Source of the DNA: Thermodesulfobacteriota bacterium
GTDB lineage: Bacteria > Desulfobacterota_D > UBA1144 > Nemesobacterales > UBA2774
Assembly: GCA_965216785.1 (NCBI GenBank)
Contig: OZ244197.1
Span: forward strand, 1,472,001-1,536,000
DNA: 64,000 nt
Reading direction: 5' to 3'
The position numbers were made by a program, and so were the translations under genes. Below the pieces are notes generated by a model. The model saw only the letters and a list, made by a program, of their open reading frames with translations, did not search any database and was not told where the DNA came from. Positions within the stretch are counted from its first letter, which is position 1. The number at the start of each line of letters is the position of its first letter. Below are positions 29,352 through 39,686 of this stretch, piece by piece.

Positions 29352-30686
29352 CTATTTATTCCATGGATTCGGGTAGTTTGTTCCATATTCTTTGTTAAAG
29401 TCGTCATAGATCTTCTGAATGACAGGCAAGAGTTCCGGCTCTATGCCTTCCACGACCCATTTAGGCGTAACGTATCGATCACCAGTAGCCATCTGCTTTT
29501 CCTGCAGCGGCGGTACCGGGTAGACAAAGGTATTGTAGGCACTCGTACGAGTCCTTATTTTATCTTTTGTCACGTTCCAGACCATGAAATCTGTAGCATA
29601 GTCCACCTGACCATGGTACGTCTCACGTACTGCTTCTACCATTCTGGGAATTGAGTCGGGTTCGTATGTAAAATGATAAGCGACTGCCCGACGCGGATTG
29701 GTGAGCGACATAACTTTTCCGAACATCACTGCGGAGGTATGAATAACTGTGCTCGCGTTTAAGGCTTCCTGAGCGGTAAAACTGTATTTTTCCTCCCACA
29801 TTCCCGTTGGGAAGAAAGCCTCATGAATAGAAAGGTCTGAGTTCTGTGTATGTTTAACCCACCATTTATTAGGCACTGTATCACTTGAGTAAGATAATTT
29901 TAGTCCGTTCCACTCCAGAATGAAGCTCACTGACTGTTCGAAGTGAATTGCCGGGATCGTACGGATAACTACTCCGTTCTCTTCATATATAACGTTGTTG
30001 ATCTTAGACCAGTCAAACTCGTTGACGACCAACTGAAAGGCGCGGGTATCGATGGTACCTACTAGCGTACCGGTCATCCAGGCCCACATTTCCTGCATTT
30101 TTTCCATTGACGTTTTAAAGCTCCATTCGGGCTTTGTCCCGCCCCCGCCGGGTCCCCAAACATAGAGCGGTCCGGAACGGTTATTCTGCGGGCCGTAAAC
30201 CCAAAACGCGGGTAAGTCGCCCATATGGTCCATATGCAGGTGACCGATAAAGACCTTGTTTATATAATCAAGCGGGATGCCGAGCGACATCAGCCTTTCA
30301 GAAGAGCCGGTTCCCATATCGAAAATGAATTTGTCACCGTTTCCCAACTCTACCAGGAAACATGCGGCCCCCTGGTTAAGACTCGGGATAGGCATACCTG
30401 AGCCGCAGGTTATCACCCGCATCTCATCCGGAGCCAAATCCTCAGTGCCAGGGTAGTACACAGAGCGGTTTTTAAAGGCGCCCGTCCGGGAATAATTAGC
30501 TGCCTTAGGGCCTGGTTTGATCTTATCAGCGGCCTGGACTCCATCAATCCCGAGAGACGTTACGGTTTTGAGAAGACCTTGTTTCTTTATAATGGGCAGC
30601 CAATCATGTGAACTCGTTGTAACGACATAGCCAAGAATGACAACAGCAATTAGCAAGCTCAGTTTAAATACCGTTGAAATACGCAT
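29352..30686 (-). CDS. Exported RNase Z/AtsA-like metallo-beta-lactamase-fold hydrolase (possible arylsulfatase)
   Basis: N-terminal signal or anchor; CGSGMP, FDMGTG, HLHMDH, PAIH, SSDT, IHEAF, IHTS. Confidence 0.8.
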   Translation of the reverse strand: MRISTVFKLSLLIAVVILGYVVTTSSHDWLPIIKKQGLLKTVTSLGIDGVQAADKIKPGPKAANYSRTGAFKNRSVYYPGTEDLAPDEMRVITCGSGMPIPSLNQGAACFLVELGNGDKFIFDMGTGSSERLMSLGIPLDYINKVFIGHLHMDHMGDLPAFWVYGPQNNRSGPLYVWGPGGGGTKPEWSFKTSMEKMQEMWAWMTGTLVGTIDTRAFQLVVNEFDWSKINNVIYEENGVVIRTIPAIHFEQSVSFILEWNGLKLSYSSDTVPNKWWVKHTQNSDLSIHEAFFPTGMWEEKYSFTAQEALNASTVIHTSAVMFGKVMSLTNPRRAVAYHFTYEPDSIPRMVEAVRETYHGQVDYATDFMVWNVTKDKIRTRTSAYNTFVYPVPPLQEKQMATGDRYVTPKWVVEGIEPELLPVIQKIYDDFNKEYGTNYPNPWNK

Positions 30687-30873
30687 CTTATTTTACCTCC
30701 TAAATGTTAAGTTGTAAGTCCATTATATCAGAAAATGTAAGATGAAGTAAAAATTTTTATCACTTTTAATCAGGTTCGATTAATTTTCTCTTTACCTTCT
30801 GAATACTAGAAAAGAGATATACATAGGTGGTTTTGAAAACATAACGTAAGTACATTATGCTCTTCTTGGTACC

Positions 30874-31998
30874 ATGGAAACCGTAAAATTCGGATTGCCT
30901 ATATCCCTTAGTGGTAGATACAGCGTTCAGGCAACTGAAAGCTTTCAGGGTCTGCAGCTATTCGTGTCTGATGTTAACAGTACGGGCGGGTTATTGATTC
31001 CGAGCCTGGGGAAAAAAGTACCGCTTGAACTAATTTACTATGACGACGAAAGCTCGGTCGATAAGTGTAAAGAGCTTACTGAAAAGCTCATTGTCAACGA
31101 TGACGTCGATGTACTCCTAGGCCCATACTCAAGCTCGCTTGCCCTGGGCGCTGCCGAGGTGGCCGAGGCCGAAGGCAAGACTCTCTGGAACCACGGCGGC
31201 TCGACTGATGAGATTGAGAAAAGGAAATTCACTTGCGTAATAAGCAGTATTTCCCCAGCAAGTTCATATATGCGGGGCATATTGCGCCTTATTAGAGATA
31301 CCGACAGTGAGGCCCAAAAAGTAGCGTTCCTTAGCGCTATTGACAGCGGTTTTTCTCAGAATATCGCAGCTGGCGCTAAGCTACACGCAAAAGAGTTGGG
31401 TTTTGAGGTCCGGGATTTTACATTTACATCCGGGGAGAGGGACTTAAGAGTCATAATTGAGGATGTTAAGAAGTATAATCCTGATCTGATTCTTGGTATC
31501 GGACGGGCAGAGGATGATATGGCAGTAGCAAAAGAGCTTGAATGGCAGGGAGTAAAGCCAAAGGCCGCGGGGCTCGTAGTTGCTTCAATAAAGCTCTTCA
31601 GAGAGACGTTTGGAGATTACTCAGAGGGTTTTCTGTCAGTCAGCCAGTGGGAGAGGGGGCTCAGGGTAGAACCCGATATAGGCCCTACGCCTGAAGAATT
31701 TGCGGAGCGTTTTACATCTGCGTACCACAAAGAGCCTGACTACGTGGCGGCCCAGGGTTATCACATAGGGCTTATCGTCAAGCATTGCATACTAGTTTCC
31801 GGGACTTTGGATGACGCTGCTCTAAGGGATACTGCAAAGCGAGAGGAGCTAAAGACTTTTTACGGCACTTTTATGACCGATTCTTCGGGCAGTCAAAAGG
31901 GGCATGAAACGGTGGTAGTGCAGTGGCAGGATGGACGCAAGGTTATTGTTTACCCTGGGCAGTATAAAGAAGCGTCTTTTATTTACCCACTACAGTAA
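30874..31998 (+). CDS. Leu/Ile/Val-binding-protein-like (PBP1) protein without signal peptide
   Basis: KFGLPISLSG, VNSTGG, YYDDESS, LLGPYSS, VVQWQDG; in-frame stop just upstream of the ATG. Confidence 0.85.
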   Translation: METVKFGLPISLSGRYSVQATESFQGLQLFVSDVNSTGGLLIPSLGKKVPLELIYYDDESSVDKCKELTEKLIVNDDVDVLLGPYSSSLALGAAEVAEAEGKTLWNHGGSTDEIEKRKFTCVISSISPASSYMRGILRLIRDTDSEAQKVAFLSAIDSGFSQNIAAGAKLHAKELGFEVRDFTFTSGERDLRVIIEDVKKYNPDLILGIGRAEDDMAVAKELEWQGVKPKAAGLVVASIKLFRETFGDYSEGFLSVSQWERGLRVEPDIGPTPEEFAERFTSAYHKEPDYVAAQGYHIGLIVKHCILVSGTLDDAALRDTAKREELKTFYGTFMTDSSGSQKGHETVVVQWQDGRKVIVYPGQYKEASFIYPLQ

Positions 31999-32041
31999 AT
32001 CGAATAACACTTGCTCCGATTAATGCTGTATTCTTATTGTC

Positions 32042-32794
32042 ATGGAAGAGCTGGCTGAGAAAATTGCCGATGCGAGAGAAAAATTAACAGGAGCTTCGAA
32101 TATACTCGTGCTCACGGGCGCCGGTATATCCGCGGAGAGCGGCATCCCCACATTCAGGGGCGAGGAAGGGCTATGGCAGAATTTCAGACCAGAAGAGCTC
32201 GCGACACCCGAAGCCTTTTGGAATGACCCCAAGCTGGTTTGGGAATGGTATGAGTGGCGGAGAAGTATAGTCAAGCAATCTAAACCCAATCCCGGTCACT
32301 ACGCTCTTGCCGAGCTTGAGTCCGAGACACACAATTTCACTCTAATTACACAAAATATCGACGGTCTCCATCAGATGTCGGGGAACAGAAATATCATAGA
32401 GATTCACGGCAACCTGTGGCAGGTGCGCTGCACTAAATGCGGCGACATTGTGGAGAACCATGACGTGCCCATGGCAGAGCTTCCGCCCAAGTGCGCTAAG
32501 TGCGGCGAGATCGGGCGTCCCAATGTTGTCTGGTTTAACGAGATAATCCCTATGGAGGTCATAGACCGCTCACTTAAGGCTATTGAAGAGTGTGATGTAA
32601 TGCTCATCGTAGGCACTTCCGGGATTGTCGAGCCAGCCGCGTCAATGGGCCTTGTAGCCAAGCAAACCGGTAAATGCGTAATCGAGATTAATCTAGAGAT
32701 GACGCCGAGCTCTGCTCTTTACGACCTCACTTTACTCGGAAAATCAGGCGAGATACTCCCTCTGCTCTACACGACTGAGCGTACTTACAGTTAA
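32042..32794 (+). CDS. cobB: NAD-dependent deacylase (class III sirtuin)
   Basis: TGAGISAESGIPTFRG, WYEWRR (YxxR), TQNIDGLH, HG, two CxxC, RPNVVWF, VGTS. Confidence 0.94.
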   Translation: MEELAEKIADAREKLTGASNILVLTGAGISAESGIPTFRGEEGLWQNFRPEELATPEAFWNDPKLVWEWYEWRRSIVKQSKPNPGHYALAELESETHNFTLITQNIDGLHQMSGNRNIIEIHGNLWQVRCTKCGDIVENHDVPMAELPPKCAKCGEIGRPNVVWFNEIIPMEVIDRSLKAIEECDVMLIVGTSGIVEPAASMGLVAKQTGKCVIEINLEMTPSSALYDLTLLGKSGEILPLLYTTERTYS

Positions 32795-32811
32795 GCTCTT
32801 CCAGCTGTTCT

Positions 32812-33777
32812 TTAATTAAAGTCTATGGATTTATTTCCGGCGAGTCTTAAGGCTACTTTTATTGCCTCAATCATGCTCGTCGGGTCGGCATGTCCGTCCC
32901 AGGCTATATCAAAAGCCGTTCCATGGTCGGGGGAGGTCCTGATTATAGGAAGACCGAGCGTAACATTGACCCCGTCTTCAAAGGAAATCATTTTAAACGG
33001 CACTAGCCCCTGGTCGTGATACATTGCCACCACAGCGTCCCACGTGCCCTGGTTTGCGTAGTAAAATAGGGTGTCAGCAGGCATCGGCCCCGTCACGTCC
33101 ACTCCAATTTCCCGTGCCTTTAATACTGCGGGCTCGATGCTCTCAATTTCTTCTCTCCCGAACGCTCCTGATTCTCCGGCGTGCGGGTTCAGGCCGCATA
33201 CGGCTATCTTTGGCTCGGGGATTTTGAAAAGATTGATGAGTGAATCGTTTGCGGTAAGTATGGTGGAAAATACTCTGTCTAATGTTATTAACCCCGGCAC
33301 GTTCGATAAGGCGGTATGAATTGTCACAAGTACGACTCTAAAGCTTGGGCCCTCGAACATCATTACCGCTTCTTCCGCATTCGTCAGATCGGCGAGCATC
33401 TCCGTATGCCCCGGATAGGCAGAACCCGCCATATGTATTGACTCTTTACATATGGGCGCGGTTATAATTGCGTCAATCTCTTTATTTAGCGCTGCCTCTA
33501 CGGCTTTTTCAATGTATGCCAAACTAGCCCTTCCGGAAGCCTCATCCGCTTTGCCCGGCATTAAATCCTCTATCCTGAAATCTCCCGTTTCGATCAGTTC
33601 GCATTCTACTTTTCTGCCCACAAGCTTCTCGGCTTTTTCAAGCACACACGCGCTTCCGAACACTATAGGCTCACACTGCTCCTGTATTTCTTCAGAGCCC
33701 AGAGCCTTAACCACAATCTCAGGCCCTATGCCGTTTAGTTCTCCCATCGTTATTCCTATCTTAGGCTTCTTGCTCAT
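32812..33777 (-). CDS. pdxA: 4-hydroxythreonine-4-phosphate dehydrogenase
   Basis: GIGPEI, TAPI, GHTE, GLNPHAGE, AMYHDQG, RTSPDHGTAFDIA. Confidence 0.95.
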   Translation of the reverse strand: MSKKPKIGITMGELNGIGPEIVVKALGSEEIQEQCEPIVFGSACVLEKAEKLVGRKVECELIETGDFRIEDLMPGKADEASGRASLAYIEKAVEAALNKEIDAIITAPICKESIHMAGSAYPGHTEMLADLTNAEEAVMMFEGPSFRVVLVTIHTALSNVPGLITLDRVFSTILTANDSLINLFKIPEPKIAVCGLNPHAGESGAFGREEIESIEPAVLKAREIGVDVTGPMPADTLFYYANQGTWDAVVAMYHDQGLVPFKMISFEDGVNVTLGLPIIRTSPDHGTAFDIAWDGHADPTSMIEAIKVALRLAGNKSIDFN

Positions 33778-33798
33778 AACTTTTCTTTTGCAGGTTGC

Positions 33799-34560
33799 TC
33801 AAGCGCTTAAGTTAAAAAGCCTCTTTGTGTTAGCGCTTGTGATTTCCGCTAACTCCTCTAGCGTCACGCCCCTTACCTGGGCAACAGTTTCAGCTACATG
33901 TCTAACGTAAGAAGGCTCGTTTGTTTTTCCCCTATGCGGCACCGGGGCCAGGTACGGGGAGTCCGTTTCCACAAGTATCCTGTCATCCGGAATATTCTTT
34001 GCAGCCTCCCTGTTCTCCTCTGATTTTTTAAAAGTGACTATGCCCGAGAACGAAATATAAAACCCCAGGTCCAGGTACACCTCCGCCTGCTCGTAGCCCC
34101 CCGTAAAACAGTGAATTACTCCGGTTTTCGAAGATACATCCTCTTTCTTTAAAATTTCTGTTAAATCCTCGTCCGCGTCCCTTACATGTATCACAATCGG
34201 GAGCTCGTGTTTTTTGCCGAGCTTTATATGCTCTATGAGAGATTTTATCTGTACGTCCTTTTCGGAGTTCATATAGAAATAATCAAGCCCCGTTTCACCC
34301 ACTGCTACGACCTTGGGCTCTTCTATAAAGGATTCAAGCTCTCTTATTACTTCTTCATTGGTTGTACTTGCGTTGTGTGGGTGGATGCCGACGGCGGCAT
34401 AAATATTTTCATTTGAGCGGGCTATTTCTATAGTATTGGCGGATGAGCTCAAGCTCGATGAGATTGCGACAATCCTTTCAGTCCCGGCTTCTCGGGCTCT
34501 CTTTAACACTTCGGGCAGGTCTTCAAGGGAATCCAGGTGGGCGTGGCTGTCAATCAACAT
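33799..34560 (-). CDS. tatD: TatD family DNase
   Basis: IDSHAHL, GIHPH, VGETGLDY, IHVRDA, IHCF, ETDSPYL. Confidence 0.95.
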   Translation of the reverse strand: MLIDSHAHLDSLEDLPEVLKRAREAGTERIVAISSSLSSSANTIEIARSNENIYAAVGIHPHNASTTNEEVIRELESFIEEPKVVAVGETGLDYFYMNSEKDVQIKSLIEHIKLGKKHELPIVIHVRDADEDLTEILKKEDVSSKTGVIHCFTGGYEQAEVYLDLGFYISFSGIVTFKKSEENREAAKNIPDDRILVETDSPYLAPVPHRGKTNEPSYVRHVAETVAQVRGVTLEELAEITSANTKRLFNLSA

Positions 34561-35078
34561 TATTTATCGGATTTGTCTTTTATTAACTCAAGTGATGGAG
34601 AGGCGGAGTCGGATTTACCACTACCCTTTTCTTTTAAGAGGTCCTTAAGCTCACTCATAAACTGGTTCACGTCTTTGAACGAGCGGTAAACGGATGCGAA
34701 CCTTACGTAGGCGACTTCATCTATTTCATAAAGCTTACTTATCACCCTCTCCCCAATTTCCGTACTATCTATCTCGCGGTCTCCCCTTTCCTGAAACTCC
34801 CTTTCGAGCGACGATACGAAGCTCTCTATCACGTCCATGCTTATCGGTCTTTTCTCGCATGCCTTAGTCATTCCCGACACTATCTTGCTTCGGTCAAACG
34901 GCTCCCTCACTCCGTCTTTTTTAATAATCATGAGTTCAACTTCTTCTACTCTTTCATAGGTAGTAAAGCGGCTTGCGCAGTCAAGACATTCTCGTCTGCG
35001 CCTGATAGAGGTTTCGTCCTTAGCCAGACGGGAATCTATCACTTTACTTTCGAGGCTTGAGCAAAAGGGGCATTTCAT
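34560..35078 (-). CDS. nrdR: Transcriptional repressor NrdR
   Basis: MKCPFC...VIDSR...[10 protein letters not shown]...RFTTYE, ATP cone, [10 protein letters not shown]. Confidence 0.98.
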   Translation of the reverse strand: MKCPFCSSLESKVIDSRLAKDETSIRRRRECLDCASRFTTYERVEEVELMIIKKDGVREPFDRSKIVSGMTKACEKRPISMDVIESFVSSLEREFQERGDREIDSTEIGERVISKLYEIDEVAYVRFASVYRSFKDVNQFMSELKDLLKEKGSGKSDSASPSLELIKDKSDK

Positions 35079-36326
35079 CTACGTCAGCCTATGTGAGTAA
35101 ATCGGGAATTTTTTGCACAGCTCTCGCACGTCGTCTTTAATACGGGAAAGCACTTTTTCATTTCCGGGGTTATTCAGAGCTTCTCTCATAAACGCTGAGA
35201 TTATTTCCATCTCTTCCTCTTTCATTCCCCTGGTCGTAATGGCCGGAGTGCCTATCCTTATTCCGCTCGCTACCGCAGGCGGTCTGGGATCAAACGGTAT
35301 TGCGTTTTTATTAACTGTAATCCCCGCCTGCTCGAGGGTCTCCTCGGCAATCTGCCCGGTAAGCTCAGTCTCCCTCAAGTCTACCAGCATTAGGTGGTTG
35401 TCCGTACCTCCCGAAACGAGCTTAAGCCCGCCCTCAGACATACATTCTCCCATGCGTTTTGCGTTTTTGACTATTTGTTTTTGGTATTCCTTAAATTCTG
35501 GTTCGAGCGCCTCTTTAAAAGCCACAGCCTTTGCGGCTATTACGTGCATCAGCGGTCCGCCCTGAGTCCCGGGGAACACTCTGCTGTTTATCTTTTTTCT
35601 GTGCTCTTCTTTCATCATTACCATTCCGCCCCTTGGTCCCCTAAGGGTTTTATGCGTTGTAGTGGTGACGTAGTCACAGTGGGGCACGGGGTTTGAATAC
35701 AGCCCTGCCGCTACAAGCCCTGCGGGGTGGGCTATATCTGCCATGAGCAGCGCTCCTACTTCGTCGGCAATTTCTCTGAATTTTGAAAAGTCTATGTCCC
35801 TAGGGTAGGCGCTAAAGCCGGCTACGATGAGTTTTGGCTTATGCTCGCGTGCAAGCTCTCTTATCTGCTCGTAGTCAATCAGGTTCGTATCCTCAGTCAC
35901 TCCGTAGGGTACGATGTTAAAAAGTCTTCCAGAGAAATTTACAGGGCTCCCGTGGGTCAGGTGACCCCCGTGGTCAAGGCTCATTCCCAGTACGGTGTCT
36001 CCAGGCTCGACGGCTGCGAAGTAAACTGCCATATTGGCTTGTGCTCCCGAGTGGGGCTGCACGTTTACGGCGTCGGCCCCGAAAAGCTCAAGTGCCCTGT
36101 CTCTAGCCAAGTCTTCAGCTGTGTCTACAAACTCACACCCTCCGTAGTACCTTCTCCCGGGAAGACCCTCGGCGTATTTATTTGTAAGTACAGAGCCGAG
36201 TGCTTCAAGCACAGCTTCGCTCACATAGTTTTCAGACGCAATCAGCTCCAGCTTGTACTCCTGACGCTCTGTTTCTGATATTATAGCCCGGGCTATTTCC
36301 GGATCGACTTTTTCTAGAATGGACAT
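35079..36326 (-). CDS. glyA: Serine hydroxymethyltransferase
   Basis: [46 protein letters not shown]. Confidence 0.98.
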   Translation of the reverse strand: MSILEKVDPEIARAIISETERQEYKLELIASENYVSEAVLEALGSVLTNKYAEGLPGRRYYGGCEFVDTAEDLARDRALELFGADAVNVQPHSGAQANMAVYFAAVEPGDTVLGMSLDHGGHLTHGSPVNFSGRLFNIVPYGVTEDTNLIDYEQIRELAREHKPKLIVAGFSAYPRDIDFSKFREIADEVGALLMADIAHPAGLVAAGLYSNPVPHCDYVTTTTHKTLRGPRGGMVMMKEEHRKKINSRVFPGTQGGPLMHVIAAKAVAFKEALEPEFKEYQKQIVKNAKRMGECMSEGGLKLVSGGTDNHLMLVDLRETELTGQIAEETLEQAGITVNKNAIPFDPRPPAVASGIRIGTPAITTRGMKEEEMEIISAFMREALNNPGNEKVLSRIKDDVRELCKKFPIYSHRLT

Positions 36327-36605
36327 TAAGACACTAACCCCCTAATTTGAACCATTAGCGTATCAAATATTGATGTAGTTGGCAAGCTTTCTCAAGCCTC
36401 GTACTCAATACAGAATCCGCAATTATTTATATATAGGCTTGATTGATTTAAGCAAGGGTTCAGTAGAATTGCCAGCCCATATAATCTTGATTAGACTTGA
36501 AAAGATAAGAAGGTTATTTATAAGCAGGGAATTCTTGGGTCTAAAACGTTATGCTATGATATGTAGTAAAATAGTATTAGAGTTGAAAATTGGTTAGGGA
36601 TTATC

Positions 36606-39600
36606 ATGGATGATCATATAGGTTCAGCAAAAACCGATTCAGAAAGTGAGGTTAAGGATAAATCCTCACAATCCAAAGACACAACAGAGCAAAAGCAAAA
36701 CACCCGGAATAACGGCGATATTAATGCTCAGCAAAATGCTCAAGACGAGCTTATGAAAAGTAAGAACCGCCTCGAGCTAATGAGTAATATTGCCTCTGAA
36801 TTTAATTCTCACGCTACCTTGGACTCGATAATCGAGAACGCGGTCCGGAAAATAAGCGAGTTTTTCAAGGATTTCCGAATAGTTTATTCAACTATAGATA
36901 GTAAGGGGCTTATGAAATGCAAGATCTCCAGCCAGCCCGAGAGTATGGGTAGTGTAGAGGGTCTTGAAGTAGACCTGTCCGCCGAGCCCGGGTACTTACA
37001 TGCCCTTGGTGCCAAAGGTGTGCTAGTCTCTGAGGATATTACTAAAGATGAAAGATTCAGCGCTTTTAAGGAAAAGCTTTTGAGCATTAAAGCAAGAGCT
37101 CTGGTGGATGTGCCCGTATTCGATTCAAGCGGCCTGGCTGGACTTGTATGTATCGATTCTCCCGAGCCGTATAAATGGTCCGAATACGAGATTAAGACCT
37201 TAAAGGAAGCTTCCGCAAATCTGGGTCTTGCCATCAAAAAAGCCCAAATCGAACAAGAGAGAAAGGAATACGAAAATTCCTTAAACAGAACTCTCCAAAA
37301 CTTATCGCGGAAGAATACATATGAATCAATTATTAGCTCTGTCACAAGATCCGTACATCAATCTATAAATGTCCAAGAAGTTTTCGAGCACGCACTTGAT
37401 TCCATGATTAAGAATATAAAAGGCGCGAAAAACATTTCTATTTATATGGTTGAGGATAAAGATGCGGTTCTTAGAGCTTACAGAGGATACGTTGGGAAAC
37501 ATATTGAAAGGATAAGGAGAATTCCATATCCGCACGGTTCAACCTGGAAGACCATTATCGAAGGCTCGCCCAGATATGTTCCGGACGTTGAGGCTGATGA
37601 CGTACTCGGTCAGGCAGGTAGAGATTTGGGAATTCAATGCTACATAGCCATGCCTATTAAATCTGAGGGTGAATCTGTAGGGTGTATACATATAGTTTCA
37701 TTTGATAAGGACCAATTTAGCAAGGAAGAATTCTCATTACTCGAGAAGGTAGTTCAGCAGTTGGAAGCCGCAATCAAAAACGCTAGACAGGCTGAAGTCC
37801 TTCGCCAGTCTGAAGAACGCTACCGCGCCTTATTCGACCAATCCCCCGTAGGGGTATATATATTCGATACCGATTTTAAGATTACAAACTGTAACAAACG
37901 TATGGAGGAGATTCTTGATACTCCTTATGAACATATAGTTGGGATAGACATTAGCACATTTAAAAACACTCGTATATTTTCACTTATAAAAGAAGTACTT
38001 AATGGACAGCCAGGCATGTATGAAGGGTTTTGCGAAGTATCGAGCGGGCCGGTTAGGCCGTATGTATGTATCAGACTCACGCCACTCAGAGATGAAAAGC
38101 AAAACGTAGTCGGCGGCATGGCAGTGATTGAGGATATAACAGAGCGAAGACTTGCCGAAGAGAAGCTGTCTATCCAGGAAAAGCGCATTCGGTCTCTCTA
38201 TGAAATTTCTGCTGAGCCAGGGTTCGGTATTGACCAGCAGATAATACAGACCCTAAAAACGGGCTGTGACATGCTCGGATTAGACATAGGTATAATCGGT
38301 CATGTTGTAGATAAAGTTTATACGGTGCTTTATTGCTTTGATCAGTCAAATACTATTACTCAGGGGCTTAAATTCAATTTAGACATAACTTACTGCAGTA
38401 TTACACTTGCCGAAAATGACGTCGTAGCTATGGATCATGTGAAGATCTCGGAATATAGAAACCATTCTTGCTATAAGGAATTTAAGCTCGAAACCTATAT
38501 TGGGGTTCCTCTAAGTGTTAAAGGTGAGATATTCGGGACTATAAATTTCTCGAGTCCGCAGCCCAGAGAGATACCGTTTAGCAATTCTGATAAAGAATTT
38601 ATTAGACTGATGGGTAGATGGGTCAGCACAATGATCGAACGGAAGCAGACCGAAGTCATGTTGAAAGACAAGGAAGAGCTGTACAGGACTCTAGTTGAAA
38701 ACGCTCACGATCTTATTATAGAGACAAAGATCGACGGGACTGTTGTTTATATGAATTCGAACCACAAGTACCTCCTTGGTTATGATAAACCGGATCTAAT
38801 GGGAAAAACGGTATTTGACTATATCCACGAGGACGATCGCAGGCCTGTGACATCTGAGTTCATGAGGGCTATAATGTCCGATAGCGCGGCGCATTCAGTC
38901 TTCCGGTTTAAGCATAATAACGGCGAGTGGCGCTGGCTTGAGAGCACGGGAAAGTCTTTTAAAACATCAGACGGTGAGCGACGCTGGGTTATCGATTCAA
39001 GGGATATAACTCAGCGCAAAAAGACCGAGGAGCAGATCCGGAAATCGCTCAAGGAGAAGGAATCGCTCCTTCGCGAGATACACCACAGGGTGAAGAACAA
39101 TCTTCAGGTTATATCGAGCCTCCTGAGTCTTCAGTCCGATTATTCAAAAGGCGTAGATTCCTCAAGGCTATTTGAGGAGAGTCAGAACCGAATTTCCGCA
39201 ATAGCGCTAATACACGAGCAGCTATACCAGTCAGAAGACCTTGCTGAGATTGATATGGGGGAGTATATAGCCGATTTAGCTGACAACCTGCTAACGGTTT
39301 ACGGGGATGAAGGCAGTAACGTCAGCGTGGAGTTCAACACTAATGATTTGAGTGTTGACATAGACACGGCCATACCTTGCGGGCTGATTATCAACGAGCT
39401 GTTTTCTAACTGCCTTAAGCATGCTTTTAAATACTGCGGAAAAGATGGTAACAAAAAAGAGGGACTGATAAGCGTAGGGTTTAATTCTTCTACAGAGGGT
39501 CAATATATATTAAGTGTTGCGGATAACGGGTGCGGGCTGCCTCCCGGATTGGATTTCAGGGAGACCGAAACACTCGGTCTTCAGCTTGTCTGTACCCTTA

Positions 39601-39686
39601 CGGATCAGCTACATGGAGACATAGAGCTAAGTGCCGGTAAAGGGGCAAAATTTGATATAAGGTTTCCCAACCAGGTGCGTAGTTAA
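36606..39686 (+). CDS. Cytoplasmic sensor kinase GAF-GAF-PAS-GAF-PAS-HisKA_2-HATPase
   Basis: No TM segment; GAF and PAS/PAC motifs (DITERR, WRWLES); EIHHRVKNNLQ H-box; INELFSN, DNGCG, LGLQLV. Confidence 0.92.
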   Translation: MDDHIGSAKTDSESEVKDKSSQSKDTTEQKQNTRNNGDINAQQNAQDELMKSKNRLELMSNIASEFNSHATLDSIIENAVRKISEFFKDFRIVYSTIDSKGLMKCKISSQPESMGSVEGLEVDLSAEPGYLHALGAKGVLVSEDITKDERFSAFKEKLLSIKARALVDVPVFDSSGLAGLVCIDSPEPYKWSEYEIKTLKEASANLGLAIKKAQIEQERKEYENSLNRTLQNLSRKNTYESIISSVTRSVHQSINVQEVFEHALDSMIKNIKGAKNISIYMVEDKDAVLRAYRGYVGKHIERIRRIPYPHGSTWKTIIEGSPRYVPDVEADDVLGQAGRDLGIQCYIAMPIKSEGESVGCIHIVSFDKDQFSKEEFSLLEKVVQQLEAAIKNARQAEVLRQSEERYRALFDQSPVGVYIFDTDFKITNCNKRMEEILDTPYEHIVGIDISTFKNTRIFSLIKEVLNGQPGMYEGFCEVSSGPVRPYVCIRLTPLRDEKQNVVGGMAVIEDITERRLAEEKLSIQEKRIRSLYEISAEPGFGIDQQIIQTLKTGCDMLGLDIGIIGHVVDKVYTVLYCFDQSNTITQGLKFNLDITYCSITLAENDVVAMDHVKISEYRNHSCYKEFKLETYIGVPLSVKGEIFGTINFSSPQPREIPFSNSDKEFIRLMGRWVSTMIERKQTEVMLKDKEELYRTLVENAHDLIIETKIDGTVVYMNSNHKYLLGYDKPDLMGKTVFDYIHEDDRRPVTSEFMRAIMSDSAAHSVFRFKHNNGEWRWLESTGKSFKTSDGERRWVIDSRDITQRKKTEEQIRKSLKEKESLLREIHHRVKNNLQVISSLLSLQSDYSKGVDSSRLFEESQNRISAIALIHEQLYQSEDLAEIDMGEYIADLADNLLTVYGDEGSNVSVEFNTNDLSVDIDTAIPCGLIINELFSNCLKHAFKYCGKDGNKKEGLISVGFNSSTEGQYILSVADNGCGLPPGLDFRETETLGLQLVCTLTDQLHGDIELSAGKGAKFDIRFPNQVRS
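39023..39406 (+). repeat. 384-bp direct repeat, copy 1 (kinase core)
   Basis: Manual alignment to 40825-41208 gives 383/384 identical, with A39342 versus G41144. Confidence 0.93.
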
